Assembly: GCA_964386765.1 (NCBI GenBank)
Contig: CAYLUC010000004.1
Coordinates: 1,799-65,798 of the forward strand
DNA from: an uncultured Candidatus Poseidoniales archaeon
Lineage (GTDB): Archaea > Thermoplasmatota > Poseidoniia > Poseidoniales > Thalassarchaeaceae
Direction of reading: 5' to 3'
Length of the DNA stretch: 64,000 bases
The position numbers and the translations under genes are program-made. The notes under the pieces are model-generated. The model was not told the DNA's origin. It did not search any database and was given only the letters and a program-made list of their open reading frames with translations. Within the stretch, counting starts at the first letter, position 1, and every line of letters starts with the position of its first letter. Below are positions 55,652 to 64,000 of this stretch, piece by piece.

Positions 55652-57991
55652 ATGGGACGGAGGCGTGCAAGTGCCATTCCAACTCTCGTTCTAGCGCCAA
55701 TATTGGTCTGTGTTCTGCTGGCCTCATCCATTTCACTGGGCCAATCGTCAACCACTCCCGATGGACCAGGCGAGGAGTGGGAGCTCCCAGAGCAGCACAT
55801 GATTTTCCTGAAGGGCGAGGAGCAGAGCCCCTTCTTGGATAGGAACTGGTCAGTCCTGACAGGCGAGCCCCTGGGGAGGGCAGAGTTCACCAGGGCAAGC
55901 TCTTCACTTTCGCCGAATCTAATCGACATTCAGTCAGCGCCCTTGTCCGAGGCATTGAGGTTCGAGGGCAATATTACCGTTCAGCTCTTTGCATCCCTGG
56001 AGTCCTCGAACGATGGTTGCAGGATCTCAAACGTCCTACCGGGTTCTGCAGGTGCAGAGACCTCTTTCACAGTATCACTCAGTCTGGGGACATCAGCAGT
56101 ATTGACCAACGCGGTCACTAACTCCATGGCCATGGAAGAGTCATTCCTGCTAGCTCACCTTTTCACTGTCCAGGCGACAGACGTCAATGTTTCACTCGCT
56201 CCGGGGGACATGATATCTCTGAAGGTAGATGTTCAACACGATTGTCTACAGGGAGGAGTCCTCTGGTGGGGATCTTTCGATGCAAGGACGGGAATAGTTC
56301 TCGATGGCGAAATACTTGATCCGTCTCTGGAAGTAGTGATCGACTCAAACAGGATGGCGAGAGTCCAGTTCACCCCCCTCTCTCCTTGGGGGCAAGGGGA
56401 TTTCGACTGGCAGGTTCTCGAGATAGTGGGGCCAATGGATTGGGACGAGATGATTCATGGCAATGGCGATGAGGACCAGAGGGCGGAACATTTCGAGATA
56501 CCTCATAGTATGATGATCGGCGACGCCAACAGGACTGTCAGAGTCTGGTCTTCCGAGAAGCCGTTGGCCCCTGGGAAGTACATGATTGACGGGTGTTTTG
56601 TTCTGACTGACCAGCATCCAGGCGATACATGTCATGCAGTAGGCGTTCTGAGATTCGAGGTCCCTGAGGACATAGACCCCCTATTGAACGGGTTCTGGGC
56701 CGCAATTATCGTGCCACTCTCCATAGTTGGGTGGATAGGTTTCTCGATTAGGGAGGCTGCTATGCCACTGCCGGCCTATGCCGTCATACTGTTGCTTGCC
56801 ATAGCTGCATTGGGCCCCGCCTCACAACTTCCAGACATAGATACTGAGGCCAACGGGGGGAGGGGAGCAGCGCCCTCTTTCGTTCTGATTTCCCATGGTG
56901 GAGATGAGGTCTCAGTCTCTTTGGACGAATTACTCGATGGTTCTGATGCAGTGGTGATAGGCCTCTTCCAGGCAGGATCTCCCTATGCAGAGCATCAGAG
57001 GAGCGATTTTGAGTCCGCGATGATTGTATTGGAGAGGGACGTTGAGTTCGTACAGATAGCAACAGGGAAAGACCTCCAAGCGGTAAACATAGATGGGCAT
57101 GCTGTCGTAATTAATGAGTCATGGCCACTGCTACTTGACGAGGCCGACTCTAGTATTGGAGCAAGCCTCCCGAGTGGTCCCACTGATGCTGTGATAGTCA
57201 TCGATCCAGCTGGCTTCGTCACTTCGTGGAGCCCGGGGACCATGTCCTCAGAGGAGATTAAGCAGGCCGTTGAATCTGGGATCAGGGGTTCGGGAAATAG
57301 CCCCCTAGATTTACTTTCGATGCTATTCACATTCTCCCTCTTGCCCCTATTCATACTCGCACTGCCCTCTGGCAGGGAGGATGAGCCCAATGAGGACATG
57401 AATCCCTTCGCCAGCTCAATAATGACGGCCACTGCCGCCTCAACTGGATTTGCTGTTTGGGCACTTCCAGTGGCCCTACTGGCATACTTGGGAATTTCAC
57501 CATCTTGGCTTATCGTCGAGATATTGCTCTCAATACTGCTGACTTACCACGGCCTAGCAATTCTCACTTCGGGGAAGATAGCAGAGATTGAGTTCGTCGC
57601 CTCCCTTGTTCATTCCAAACTTCCTGAAGAATATGGGCAGTGGAGGGACGGGGGGGAATTCAACAAGGACGCCTATCTCGGCCTCTGGCTCGCATGGCTT
57701 GCATGGATCAGTACTCCCTACTTGATACCCCAAGGGGTCGGCGCGGTTGCCCTATCCGGGCCTTTCGGACTATTTCTCTCGATTTTCCTGTTGCTCGCAT
57801 TCGTGGTATCAGCTGGAGTGACTGTCTCATTGTCTAGGGCCATTTCAGCCATGCCGGGCCCCATTTCGTTGTCACTCGGACAGATTAGCATGGGAATTCG
57901 TCCTAGGGCGTGGGGCATGGCCTCATTGGTATTCGGCATCTGGATGGCAGTAAGTCTGATCGTATTGTCTTCGCAGACTGGCCTCACTTAG
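55652..57991 (+). CDS. Large hypothetical membrane protein (signal peptide, ~330-aa extracytoplasmic domain, multiple TM segments)
   Basis: N-terminal RRRASAIPTLVLAPILVCVLLA signal. Two clusters of TM helices separated by soluble segments. No catalytic motif recognised. Confidence 0.45.
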   Translation: MGRRRASAIPTLVLAPILVCVLLASSISLGQSSTTPDGPGEEWELPEQHMIFLKGEEQSPFLDRNWSVLTGEPLGRAEFTRASSSLSPNLIDIQSAPLSEALRFEGNITVQLFASLESSNDGCRISNVLPGSAGAETSFTVSLSLGTSAVLTNAVTNSMAMEESFLLAHLFTVQATDVNVSLAPGDMISLKVDVQHDCLQGGVLWWGSFDARTGIVLDGEILDPSLEVVIDSNRMARVQFTPLSPWGQGDFDWQVLEIVGPMDWDEMIHGNGDEDQRAEHFEIPHSMMIGDANRTVRVWSSEKPLAPGKYMIDGCFVLTDQHPGDTCHAVGVLRFEVPEDIDPLLNGFWAAIIVPLSIVGWIGFSIREAAMPLPAYAVILLLAIAALGPASQLPDIDTEANGGRGAAPSFVLISHGGDEVSVSLDELLDGSDAVVIGLFQAGSPYAEHQRSDFESAMIVLERDVEFVQIATGKDLQAVNIDGHAVVINESWPLLLDEADSSIGASLPSGPTDAVIVIDPAGFVTSWSPGTMSSEEIKQAVESGIRGSGNSPLDLLSMLFTFSLLPLFILALPSGREDEPNEDMNPFASSIMTATAASTGFAVWALPVALLAYLGISPSWLIVEILLSILLTYHGLAILTSGKIAEIEFVASLVHSKLPEEYGQWRDGGEFNKDAYLGLWLAWLAWISTPYLIPQGVGAVALSGPFGLFLSIFLLLAFVVSAGVTVSLSRAISAMPGPISLSLGQISMGIRPRAWGMASLVFGIWMAVSLIVLSSQTGLT

Positions 57992-58056
57992 GATTTCATG
58001 GCACAATGACCGTGAGCATCATAAGAGTGAGGCCCTACCGAGTATCACTTCCTTAG

Positions 58057-58244
58057 GGGGGTATAGTATAACCTGGTAGTACCGCGGGCTCCAGTTGCAC
58101 GGGAATGACGACGAGTGGGTTTCTGATGGCTTTGATGACCAACTGGAGCACCGACCCGTCGCAAACCGAAAGCGTGCGCCTGCCGGGTGCACGCTAAGCG
58201 GAAGATACCCGCTGATCTGGGTTCAAATCCCAGTGCCCCCACCA
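58057..58244 (+). tRNA. tRNA-Trp (anticodon CCA) interrupted by a ~112-nt intron at the canonical 37/38 position, CCA encoded
   Basis: 5' exon GGGGGTA TA GTAT AACCTGGTA GTAC C GCGGG CTCCAG | intron | A CCCGC TGAT CTGGG TTCAAAT CCCAG TGCCCCC A CCA. All four stems pair, with a U6:G67 wobble. Anticodon CCA follows U33. Confidence 0.85.
58095..58206 (+). ncRNA. Box C/D sRNA module embedded in the tRNA-Trp intron
   Basis: Box C-like ATGACGA (58105-58111), D' CTGA (58123-58126), C' TGATGA (58133-58138), degenerate D CCGA (58151-58154). The 10-nt guide CAACTGGAGC (58140-58149) is perfectly complementary to GCTCCAGTTG spanning the anticodon loop and intron junction. That places C34 five nt from box D. 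Confidence 0.6.
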
Positions 58245-58317
58245 ATATCACGGCATTCAGCCATTGCGAGGGACTTGGATAGGTCGAATTGAAGAAACAC
58301 CCTCCATTCGCAACACC

Positions 58318-60426
58318 ATGGTGAATACTAGGACAGGCTTGCTGTTGGTCACCATCCTGGTGATGCCACTCATCGGGAGCCTCAATCCGCCTGCCGTTCC
58401 CGATGAAAACACCGGCCTTTCCGACAGTGTCCCGGAACAGTCCCTAGTGACATGGGCAAATCCGGGGCCATGGTGGTCATGGACCTCCCTTGATTCCGAC
58501 AGAAACGGAATTCACGACTCAATTCAGAGTGCCACCGGACCAGTCAATGTCGGCGTTTCCTTCAGTCGCCCTGTGACTGATGCCGACCGTTCAACATTGG
58601 AGATGTTGGGCCATAAAATCACAGTAGAAATTCCTTCAGTCAATGCAGTCCTAATCGGCCCCACGGATACCTCAGATGTGGAAGGGCTATCAAAACTAGA
58701 TGGAGTAGTCATGGTCGAGAGGTACGGATCTGTCGTATTTCACGGTGACATCCAGACTCCTGCAGTAAAAGCCAGAAACTCTTCTGACTATCCGAATGGG
58801 GCATGGGATCTCGGATTCAGTGGCCAAGGGGTCAACATAGCTCTAACAGATACGGGAGTGGATAATGAGCACCCCGGGCTTTCAGGCAAGTTCGTTGCAG
58901 GGTATGACGCAGTTTGCTTTGTCCATTCGGACCCGCAGTGTATACTCTCAGGAGGACGGGCCGAGGACGGTTCTTTCGACCCTGATGATGGAAATCAGCA
59001 CGGGACCGCGTGCATGGGGATGGCCAGCGCAACTGGCATAGAGTCAGACGGGAGCCAATCAGATTTCTACGGCTCTGCCCCAAATGCTTCCTTGGTAGAC
59101 GTTAGAATTGGTACTGATGTAGGCGCGGGCCCGTTTGAGAACTACGTTTTGGAACAAGAATTCTACGAGTCAGCAATGAACGGTCTACAATGGATTATCG
59201 ATCATAGGGACGATGCTTGGCCAGGTGTGGACGAGTCGAACCATGGAATCGATATCATATCCCTATCATGGGGGATAACGAGCCACGAAAATGGCGAATC
59301 AGACGGCTCCGATATGCATAGCCGGATACTAGATGAAGCCATGCAGGCAGGTGTCACAGTCTCAAACGCGGCAGGAAACTCAGGGCCAGATAACGACGGA
59401 CTTTCTGGTATGAGCGCTTCTTCATTGTCGATCACGGTGGCTGCAACGGATGACCAGAATACAGTCAACCGCGACGATGATACAATTGCTTCTTACTCAT
59501 CAAGGGGGCCAAGGAGGGACAATGGAGATGGAAACCCTGTGAATGAGTTGATTCCAGAAATTAGCGCCCCGGGGACCAACATTGTTCAGGCAGAGGGATG
59601 CGTCTCAAGCGGGGGCTGCAGTAACTTCCTTGGCGGCGACGCCTCTGGAAACACATACACGGGCAGGGGCAGTGGAACGTCCTATGCAACTCCCTCAGTT
59701 ACGGGCGTCATAGCTTTGGTGATGGAGGCCAACGAGAATCTCACACCCCTTCAGATTAAGGAAGTCCTGAAGCAAACTTCAGAGAGGAGGGGGGAGCCGA
59801 GCGCCCCCGAAGTAGATCCGTATTGGAACAGGGACTTTGGCTATGGAATGGTGGATGCATATGCCGCTGTTTCCTTTGCACTAGCCCTCAACAATGCGGA
59901 AAACCTCGCTGAAATAGATCCCTCGATACAGAATCATCTGCTCAACTTGGTGGACTCAAATGGTACTATCAATGCTACAGGTCATTCTTGGGGGCAGATG
60001 GGGAGTATTGACCGAGTCGAGTACAGGATAGACTCAGGAGAATGGACGGAAGCTGAATATTCTGTGACAACTTCGGAGATAGGCCCCCTCGTTCCATTTC
60101 TTTGGCACGTTATTCTCAATCCCAATAAACTCGAGCTAGGCCCCCATGCAATTGAAGTCAGGGCGGTTTCTGGAACGGGATACTCACTCCCAGTTATGGC
60201 AACTGTTCATGGTACAGGGGATGGAAGCGACTCGATGGCAATTGCACCAGCAGCAATCGCCCTGGTCGTCGGGGCCTTCGTAATATGGGTAGCAGCGTTG
60301 GCCTTCATTAGGCTGAGATCAGACGAGGAAATTGAGTCAATGATTTCCAAAATGAGAGGGGTTCCAACAACAATATCAGAGGACGATGTGATGGTTGCAG
60401 AAATAGTCGACGAAAGTCCTTCGTAG
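58318..60426 (+). CDS. Subtilisin-like serine protease (peptidase S8), secreted, with C-terminal TM anchor
   Basis: Catalytic triad blocks DTGVDNEHP (Asp), HGTACMGMA (His), GTSYATPSVTG (Ser). N-terminal signal. C-terminal hydrophobic helix + charged tail. Start at the internal ATG at 58318 to avoid overlapping the tRNA. Confidence 0.85.
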   Translation: MVNTRTGLLLVTILVMPLIGSLNPPAVPDENTGLSDSVPEQSLVTWANPGPWWSWTSLDSDRNGIHDSIQSATGPVNVGVSFSRPVTDADRSTLEMLGHKITVEIPSVNAVLIGPTDTSDVEGLSKLDGVVMVERYGSVVFHGDIQTPAVKARNSSDYPNGAWDLGFSGQGVNIALTDTGVDNEHPGLSGKFVAGYDAVCFVHSDPQCILSGGRAEDGSFDPDDGNQHGTACMGMASATGIESDGSQSDFYGSAPNASLVDVRIGTDVGAGPFENYVLEQEFYESAMNGLQWIIDHRDDAWPGVDESNHGIDIISLSWGITSHENGESDGSDMHSRILDEAMQAGVTVSNAAGNSGPDNDGLSGMSASSLSITVAATDDQNTVNRDDDTIASYSSRGPRRDNGDGNPVNELIPEISAPGTNIVQAEGCVSSGGCSNFLGGDASGNTYTGRGSGTSYATPSVTGVIALVMEANENLTPLQIKEVLKQTSERRGEPSAPEVDPYWNRDFGYGMVDAYAAVSFALALNNAENLAEIDPSIQNHLLNLVDSNGTINATGHSWGQMGSIDRVEYRIDSGEWTEAEYSVTTSEIGPLVPFLWHVILNPNKLELGPHAIEVRAVSGTGYSLPVMATVHGTGDGSDSMAIAPAAIALVVGAFVIWVAALAFIRLRSDEEIESMISKMRGVPTTISEDDVMVAEIVDESPS

Positions 60427-60485
60427 AGCAGTATAGAGGTCTCCGAGCCCCCCTATTCAAATCCTAGGTCTTCCCTCCGCAGGCC

Positions 60486-61634
60486 ATGGTGCGATTCTCC
60501 GACCGAGCGAACAGCATCCGTCCTACGGGGGTGAGGCGCATGTTCGACATGGCTGGAGATGACGCCATCCAGTTCGGCCTCGGAGAGCCAGACTTCCAAC
60601 CGCCACCCCTGGCAATCGAGGCATTTGACCAAGCTATGAGGGATGGGAGGAACAAGTACACGACAACCGCAGGCCATCCGGATTTGCGAGCCAAGATCGC
60701 AACTCTTTGGCACCATTTGCTGCCCGATATTGACGAATCCAATGTCTGTATAACTATGAGTGGGACCAACGGCCTTCTGGATATTTTCTTGGCTCTAGTA
60801 AATCCTGGCGACAATGTCCTGATTCCCGAGCCATACTTCCCACTCTATCCCCCTGATGTGGAGATTTGCGGGGGCCAACCAAACCTCTACCCATGTAAAT
60901 TCGAGAATGGCTTCGTCCCCACCGTCGCAGATCTTGAGGAGAGGGTAGATGAAAACACAGTTGCGATTCTCTATAACTTCCCCAGCAACCCCACGGGGGG
61001 GAACGTCAACGAAGAGCAGAGGGACGAATTAATCGCATTCGCCAAAGACAATGACCTATGGGTAATTACGGATGAGGTGTATGACAGAATTGTCTATGAT
61101 TCCCCGCACGTTTCATTCGTGGGGGCCGGATATGACAAGGTGATAATGGTCCAGTCATTCTCTAAGACGTTCGCAATGACGGGATGGAGAATCGGTTACC
61201 TCCTATCCCCGGACGATGAGGCGATGGCACAATTGACAAAGATGCAGTATTACGTCACGGCATGCAGTAATGACGCGATGCAACACGCAGTACTGCAGGC
61301 ATTGGAACACGCTCCCGACTACCCAGAGTCAATGTGCGCTGAGTTCAAGACTCGGAGGGACTTGATTTGTGAACGACTCAATGCAATGCCTGGAGTGACC
61401 TGTCACGTTCCGACAGGGGCCTTCTACGTTTTCCCGAAAGTGGAAGTTCCTGGGATGACCAGTGAGGAAGTAGCCATGGCTTTGTTGGAGGGAGGAGTCC
61501 TCTGCTCCCCTGGGACTGCATTCGGAGCCGCTGGAGAGGGGCATCTTAGGTTCGCATATACAATTTCCAGAGATGACATTTCGCGCGGAATGGATCGTGT
61601 TGAAAGAGTACTCTCGGACTTACGCGGGGATTGA
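60486..61634 (+). CDS. PLP-dependent aminotransferase, class I (aspartate aminotransferase family)
   Basis: SFSKTFAMTGWRIGY (PLP-lysine block), with N-terminal GEPDFQPP and YNFPSNPTG blocks. Confidence 0.85.
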   Translation: MVRFSDRANSIRPTGVRRMFDMAGDDAIQFGLGEPDFQPPPLAIEAFDQAMRDGRNKYTTTAGHPDLRAKIATLWHHLLPDIDESNVCITMSGTNGLLDIFLALVNPGDNVLIPEPYFPLYPPDVEICGGQPNLYPCKFENGFVPTVADLEERVDENTVAILYNFPSNPTGGNVNEEQRDELIAFAKDNDLWVITDEVYDRIVYDSPHVSFVGAGYDKVIMVQSFSKTFAMTGWRIGYLLSPDDEAMAQLTKMQYYVTACSNDAMQHAVLQALEHAPDYPESMCAEFKTRRDLICERLNAMPGVTCHVPTGAFYVFPKVEVPGMTSEEVAMALLEGGVLCSPGTAFGAAGEGHLRFAYTISRDDISRGMDRVERVLSDLRGD

Positions 61635-61643
61635 GGTCTGCTG

Positions 61644-61883
61644 ATGCTATCCACTCTGGCTATTTTCGCCGCCTCTTTGGCTTTGTCTTGGTACCTATCT
61701 TCACTGCCGGAGAATTACGGGATTTCAGACGTAAAAATGGAAGTCGCCACCTCTCTTTCCATCATCTTTCTTTCTTCTGCTTTGTTATGGGGGTGGGGGC
61801 CAAGCCCCCTTGGTTTCGGGATGATTATCGGTTCAGGGTGGTACTTCTTGAACAGGACAGTCGACATGATGTTCCCAGTCTAG
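61644..61883 (+). CDS. Small hypothetical two-TM membrane protein
   Basis: The 79-aa ORF has two hydrophobic helices. It is the more protein-like of two overlapping frames here. Confidence 0.3.
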   Translation: MLSTLAIFAASLALSWYLSSLPENYGISDVKMEVATSLSIIFLSSALLWGWGPSPLGFGMIIGSGWYFLNRTVDMMFPV

Positions 61884-62968
61884 TCCTCACCAAATAACTC
61901 GAAAGGAATGTCTATCATTACGCCATCTTCTTCTTGCTCATCCTTCTGGAGAATCTCCCCCACTCCAAGATCGTCCAGAGTTGGGACATCTTCATCTGGC
62001 GCCTCAAGAAGGTCCATCTGCAGATTCTCCATCCTATCTTCTGTAGATAGCATCCAGCTGGGGAGCCCATTAGACCCACCGAGCACTGAAATCGAGGTGA
62101 AAGTCGCGAGGGGCAATACCGAGATAGCTATCAGGAAGTCAATTATTGCCTTGGGGGGAACTTCGGCATCAGGTGCAATCTTGTCCAGTACGAGGGACTC
62201 GATATGGAGATCGTTCCACTTGGAAAAATCAACCTCCAACCATTCCAGCGACGCCTCTAGGAGAAATCTGGCCGTGAACCAAAATATCAGTATGGGAAGT
62301 ATCCAAGAGAACCTTGAGACCCTCCATATTACAGTCCTGAACATTGCCGCGAAAACTACCAGATGCTGGGAGATGAATGGTTGTAGTCTGACTGCTAGCC
62401 AGAGCGATACCAAATATCCGGCCATCCCCAATTCGAAAGCTCTCTCCGGCCTCATAACGGACTCTGGAACTCCTTCCATAATGGCCAAAGGAATTGCGAT
62501 TAGGATGACCTGTATTGGGACGGCGATTAGCTGCAAACCACCGTGAACAGAAATCAGATCAATCCCCTCCGATCTCACCTTTTTGTCAACCAACCGGGTC
62601 ATTCTTCCGTAAGGGCTGGAGTATAGTGCCATTCTGGAGAGGTCCACCAACTCCGGATCCCCCTTCCTCCGGCTAAGTCCAAGAACGGGAATCCACCCTC
62701 CTCTCTTTACGACTGAAAGGGGCTTGTAACCTCCAAGAAGCAGTGCCAGAGATAGTGAGAATACGCCATAAAGCAAGCCAGCGACAACTATCCACTCAAT
62801 CAACTCGGTCCTGACGGAGACTGAGAAAGCCCCCCTGTCAATTTTGAGAAGGTAGGTTGCTGAGAAACCAAAGATGGGAACAAGGGTGACCTGAAGAAAT
62901 ACGAGGAACGACAGAGCGACCCTATGGCGAAGGGATTCCGTATCGCTCATGTTCACACGCAAACTCAT
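61880..62968 (-). CDS. Hypothetical polytopic membrane protein with acidic C-terminal tail
   Basis: Six to eight TM helices. D/E-rich C-terminus. No motif recognised. Confidence 0.45.
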   Translation of the reverse strand: MSLRVNMSDTESLRHRVALSFLVFLQVTLVPIFGFSATYLLKIDRGAFSVSVRTELIEWIVVAGLLYGVFSLSLALLLGGYKPLSVVKRGGWIPVLGLSRRKGDPELVDLSRMALYSSPYGRMTRLVDKKVRSEGIDLISVHGGLQLIAVPIQVILIAIPLAIMEGVPESVMRPERAFELGMAGYLVSLWLAVRLQPFISQHLVVFAAMFRTVIWRVSRFSWILPILIFWFTARFLLEASLEWLEVDFSKWNDLHIESLVLDKIAPDAEVPPKAIIDFLIAISVLPLATFTSISVLGGSNGLPSWMLSTEDRMENLQMDLLEAPDEDVPTLDDLGVGEILQKDEQEEDGVMIDIPFELFGED

Positions 62969-63111
62969 GCAATCATAAGTCCTTCATTCGCCCATACTCG
63001 TTAACATGTAATTTATTGCCGAAATTAATGTGGGCGAAATTTCCACTCTCGCTTCGATGAACTTGGTGTCCCAACCTTCATACAGGTAGTTAAGACCCCA
63101 AAACTGTTCAT

Positions 63112-64000
63112 CATGCGTAGTCAATATCCGCTCTTCTTGTGCTTCCTGCTTATTGCCACTAGCATGTCGCCCGTCCTAATTGGCAAATCTCTGGATTTTG
63201 ACACGTTCGATAGGGGGGCCCAACCCCGAGCTTTGATCGACTTTGAGGTGACATCCATAGAGGTCGGGAACTCATCAAGAGATGCTATGGATTGGGAGCA
63301 ACCCAATGGAGAAATTGCAGAGTATATCATTCGTGATGAGACCGTACAAATCAACGTCACATTCACCCAAGCGGGAACGTCGAGCCAACCAGCAACAGCA
63401 GACGGCTGGCTGCAGATTTGGCATCCCGTTGGATTCATGATTACGCAATTCCAAGTCAACATGACCCTCTCGGGTCTGCAGTCGGTTAGGGAGGAATTCA
63501 TCTGGACCCCTTCCTCTGCTCACAGTGCGATTGATGAGAATGGTTACCTGTACGGGGGAATCACGCTCCTGGGTATTATCGATGGGGGGCTAGCTGATGA
63601 CAACGATCAGAATAACGAACTTTCTAGGGATATTCCTGTAGCAGTTTGGCACGATCCAATGGAGAATGGGTTCTGTGGAGATGTAGACGGAGATAATGTG
63701 AACGACTGCCCAAACATCCCCTATGCAAACACCCCTATTTGGGTCGGCGCCGGATATGAGGCAGACAACTCGCTCTCTTCGGACCCGGATACATACGGGC
63801 ATTGGAGGATGAGCAATTTATCTTCTAGCGAGGGTGAGAATCACTGGAGGGTTTCAAGGCCGGGAGCAGACTACGCGAGTAACCGGCATGACAGACTCTG
63901 GTGGGGATGGTTCACTCCTTTCGATAGCTGCGACGATCCTGGTCACGGACTCGGGTACGGGACGCTGGATTCCTCGGTTACGACCGCGTACGGCTCTAGG
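63112..64000 (+). CDS. Secreted hypothetical protein, 3' end beyond the window (not in the ORF track because no stop is reached)
   Basis: ATG at 63112 gives the signal-peptide-like MRSQYPLFLCFLLIATSMSPVLIG. The frame stays open for >295 codons to the window end. It contains the GDVDGDNVNDCPN acidic motif. The minus-strand ORFs in this span are shorter and lack protein-like features. Confidence 0.55.

Noticed and set aside
58264-58317. Upstream extension of the S8 protease ORF (MRGTWIGRIEETPSIRNT...)
   Set aside because: The longer start would lie only 20 nt after the tRNA-Trp 3' end and lacks a signal peptide. The ATG at 58318 gives a typical signal sequence, so the shorter gene model is preferred.
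63121-63523. Minus-strand ORFs (126 and 82 aa) at the window end
   Set aside because: They overlap a longer plus-strand frame that has a clear signal peptide and stays open to the window edge. The minus-strand translations have no protein-like features.
1-64000. CRISPR arrays, transposases, integrases, toxin-antitoxin pairs or restriction-modification genes
   Set aside because: None were recognised. There are no regularly spaced direct repeats, no DDE, tyrosine-recombinase or reverse-transcriptase motifs, and the window is tightly packed with housekeeping and transport genes.

Overview
This is a gene-dense, moderately GC-rich archaeal chromosomal segment. Archaeal hallmarks: archaeosine tRNA-guanine transglycosylase, CTP-dependent riboflavin kinase, NadM-type NMN adenylyltransferase, ABCE1, DRG GTPase, archaeal-type TIM, ribosomal protein L41e, and a tRNA-Trp with a long box C/D-containing intron. 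The gene content resembles marine planktonic Euryarchaeota (MGII/Poseidoniales-like). That placement is inference from the lineage-typical peptide ABC transporter, the many lipobox secreted hydrolases, and the abundance of acidic DxDxDG calcium-binding-type inserts. Most of the window is core metabolism and housekeeping (citrate synthase, succinyl-CoA synthetase, TIM, TruA, TatC, GrpE, Kbl, glutamine synthetase type II). Interspersed are transporters (two tandem ABC-2 ATPase/permease pairs, a five-gene Opp/Dpp-type peptide transporter, two MFS) and secreted or surface proteins. Three tRNAs (Arg-UCU, Ala-GGC, intron-containing Trp-CCA) and a 35-aa L41e gene are absent from the ORF track. The most unusual elements: (1) a ~1130-aa surface protein with an RCC1 beta-propeller, ~13 ephrin-receptor-like Cys-rich repeats and a PGF-CTERM-like anchor; (2) the tRNA-Trp intron with a box C/D guide complementary to the anticodon loop; (3) a tandem pair of squalene/phytoene-synthase-family genes; (4) lineage-specific modules (Cys-bracketed N-terminal repeats, DxDxDG inserts, a membrane insertion inside an ABC ATPase) decorating the peptide-transport and secreted proteins. 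No CRISPR array, transposase, integrase or prophage signature was recognised.
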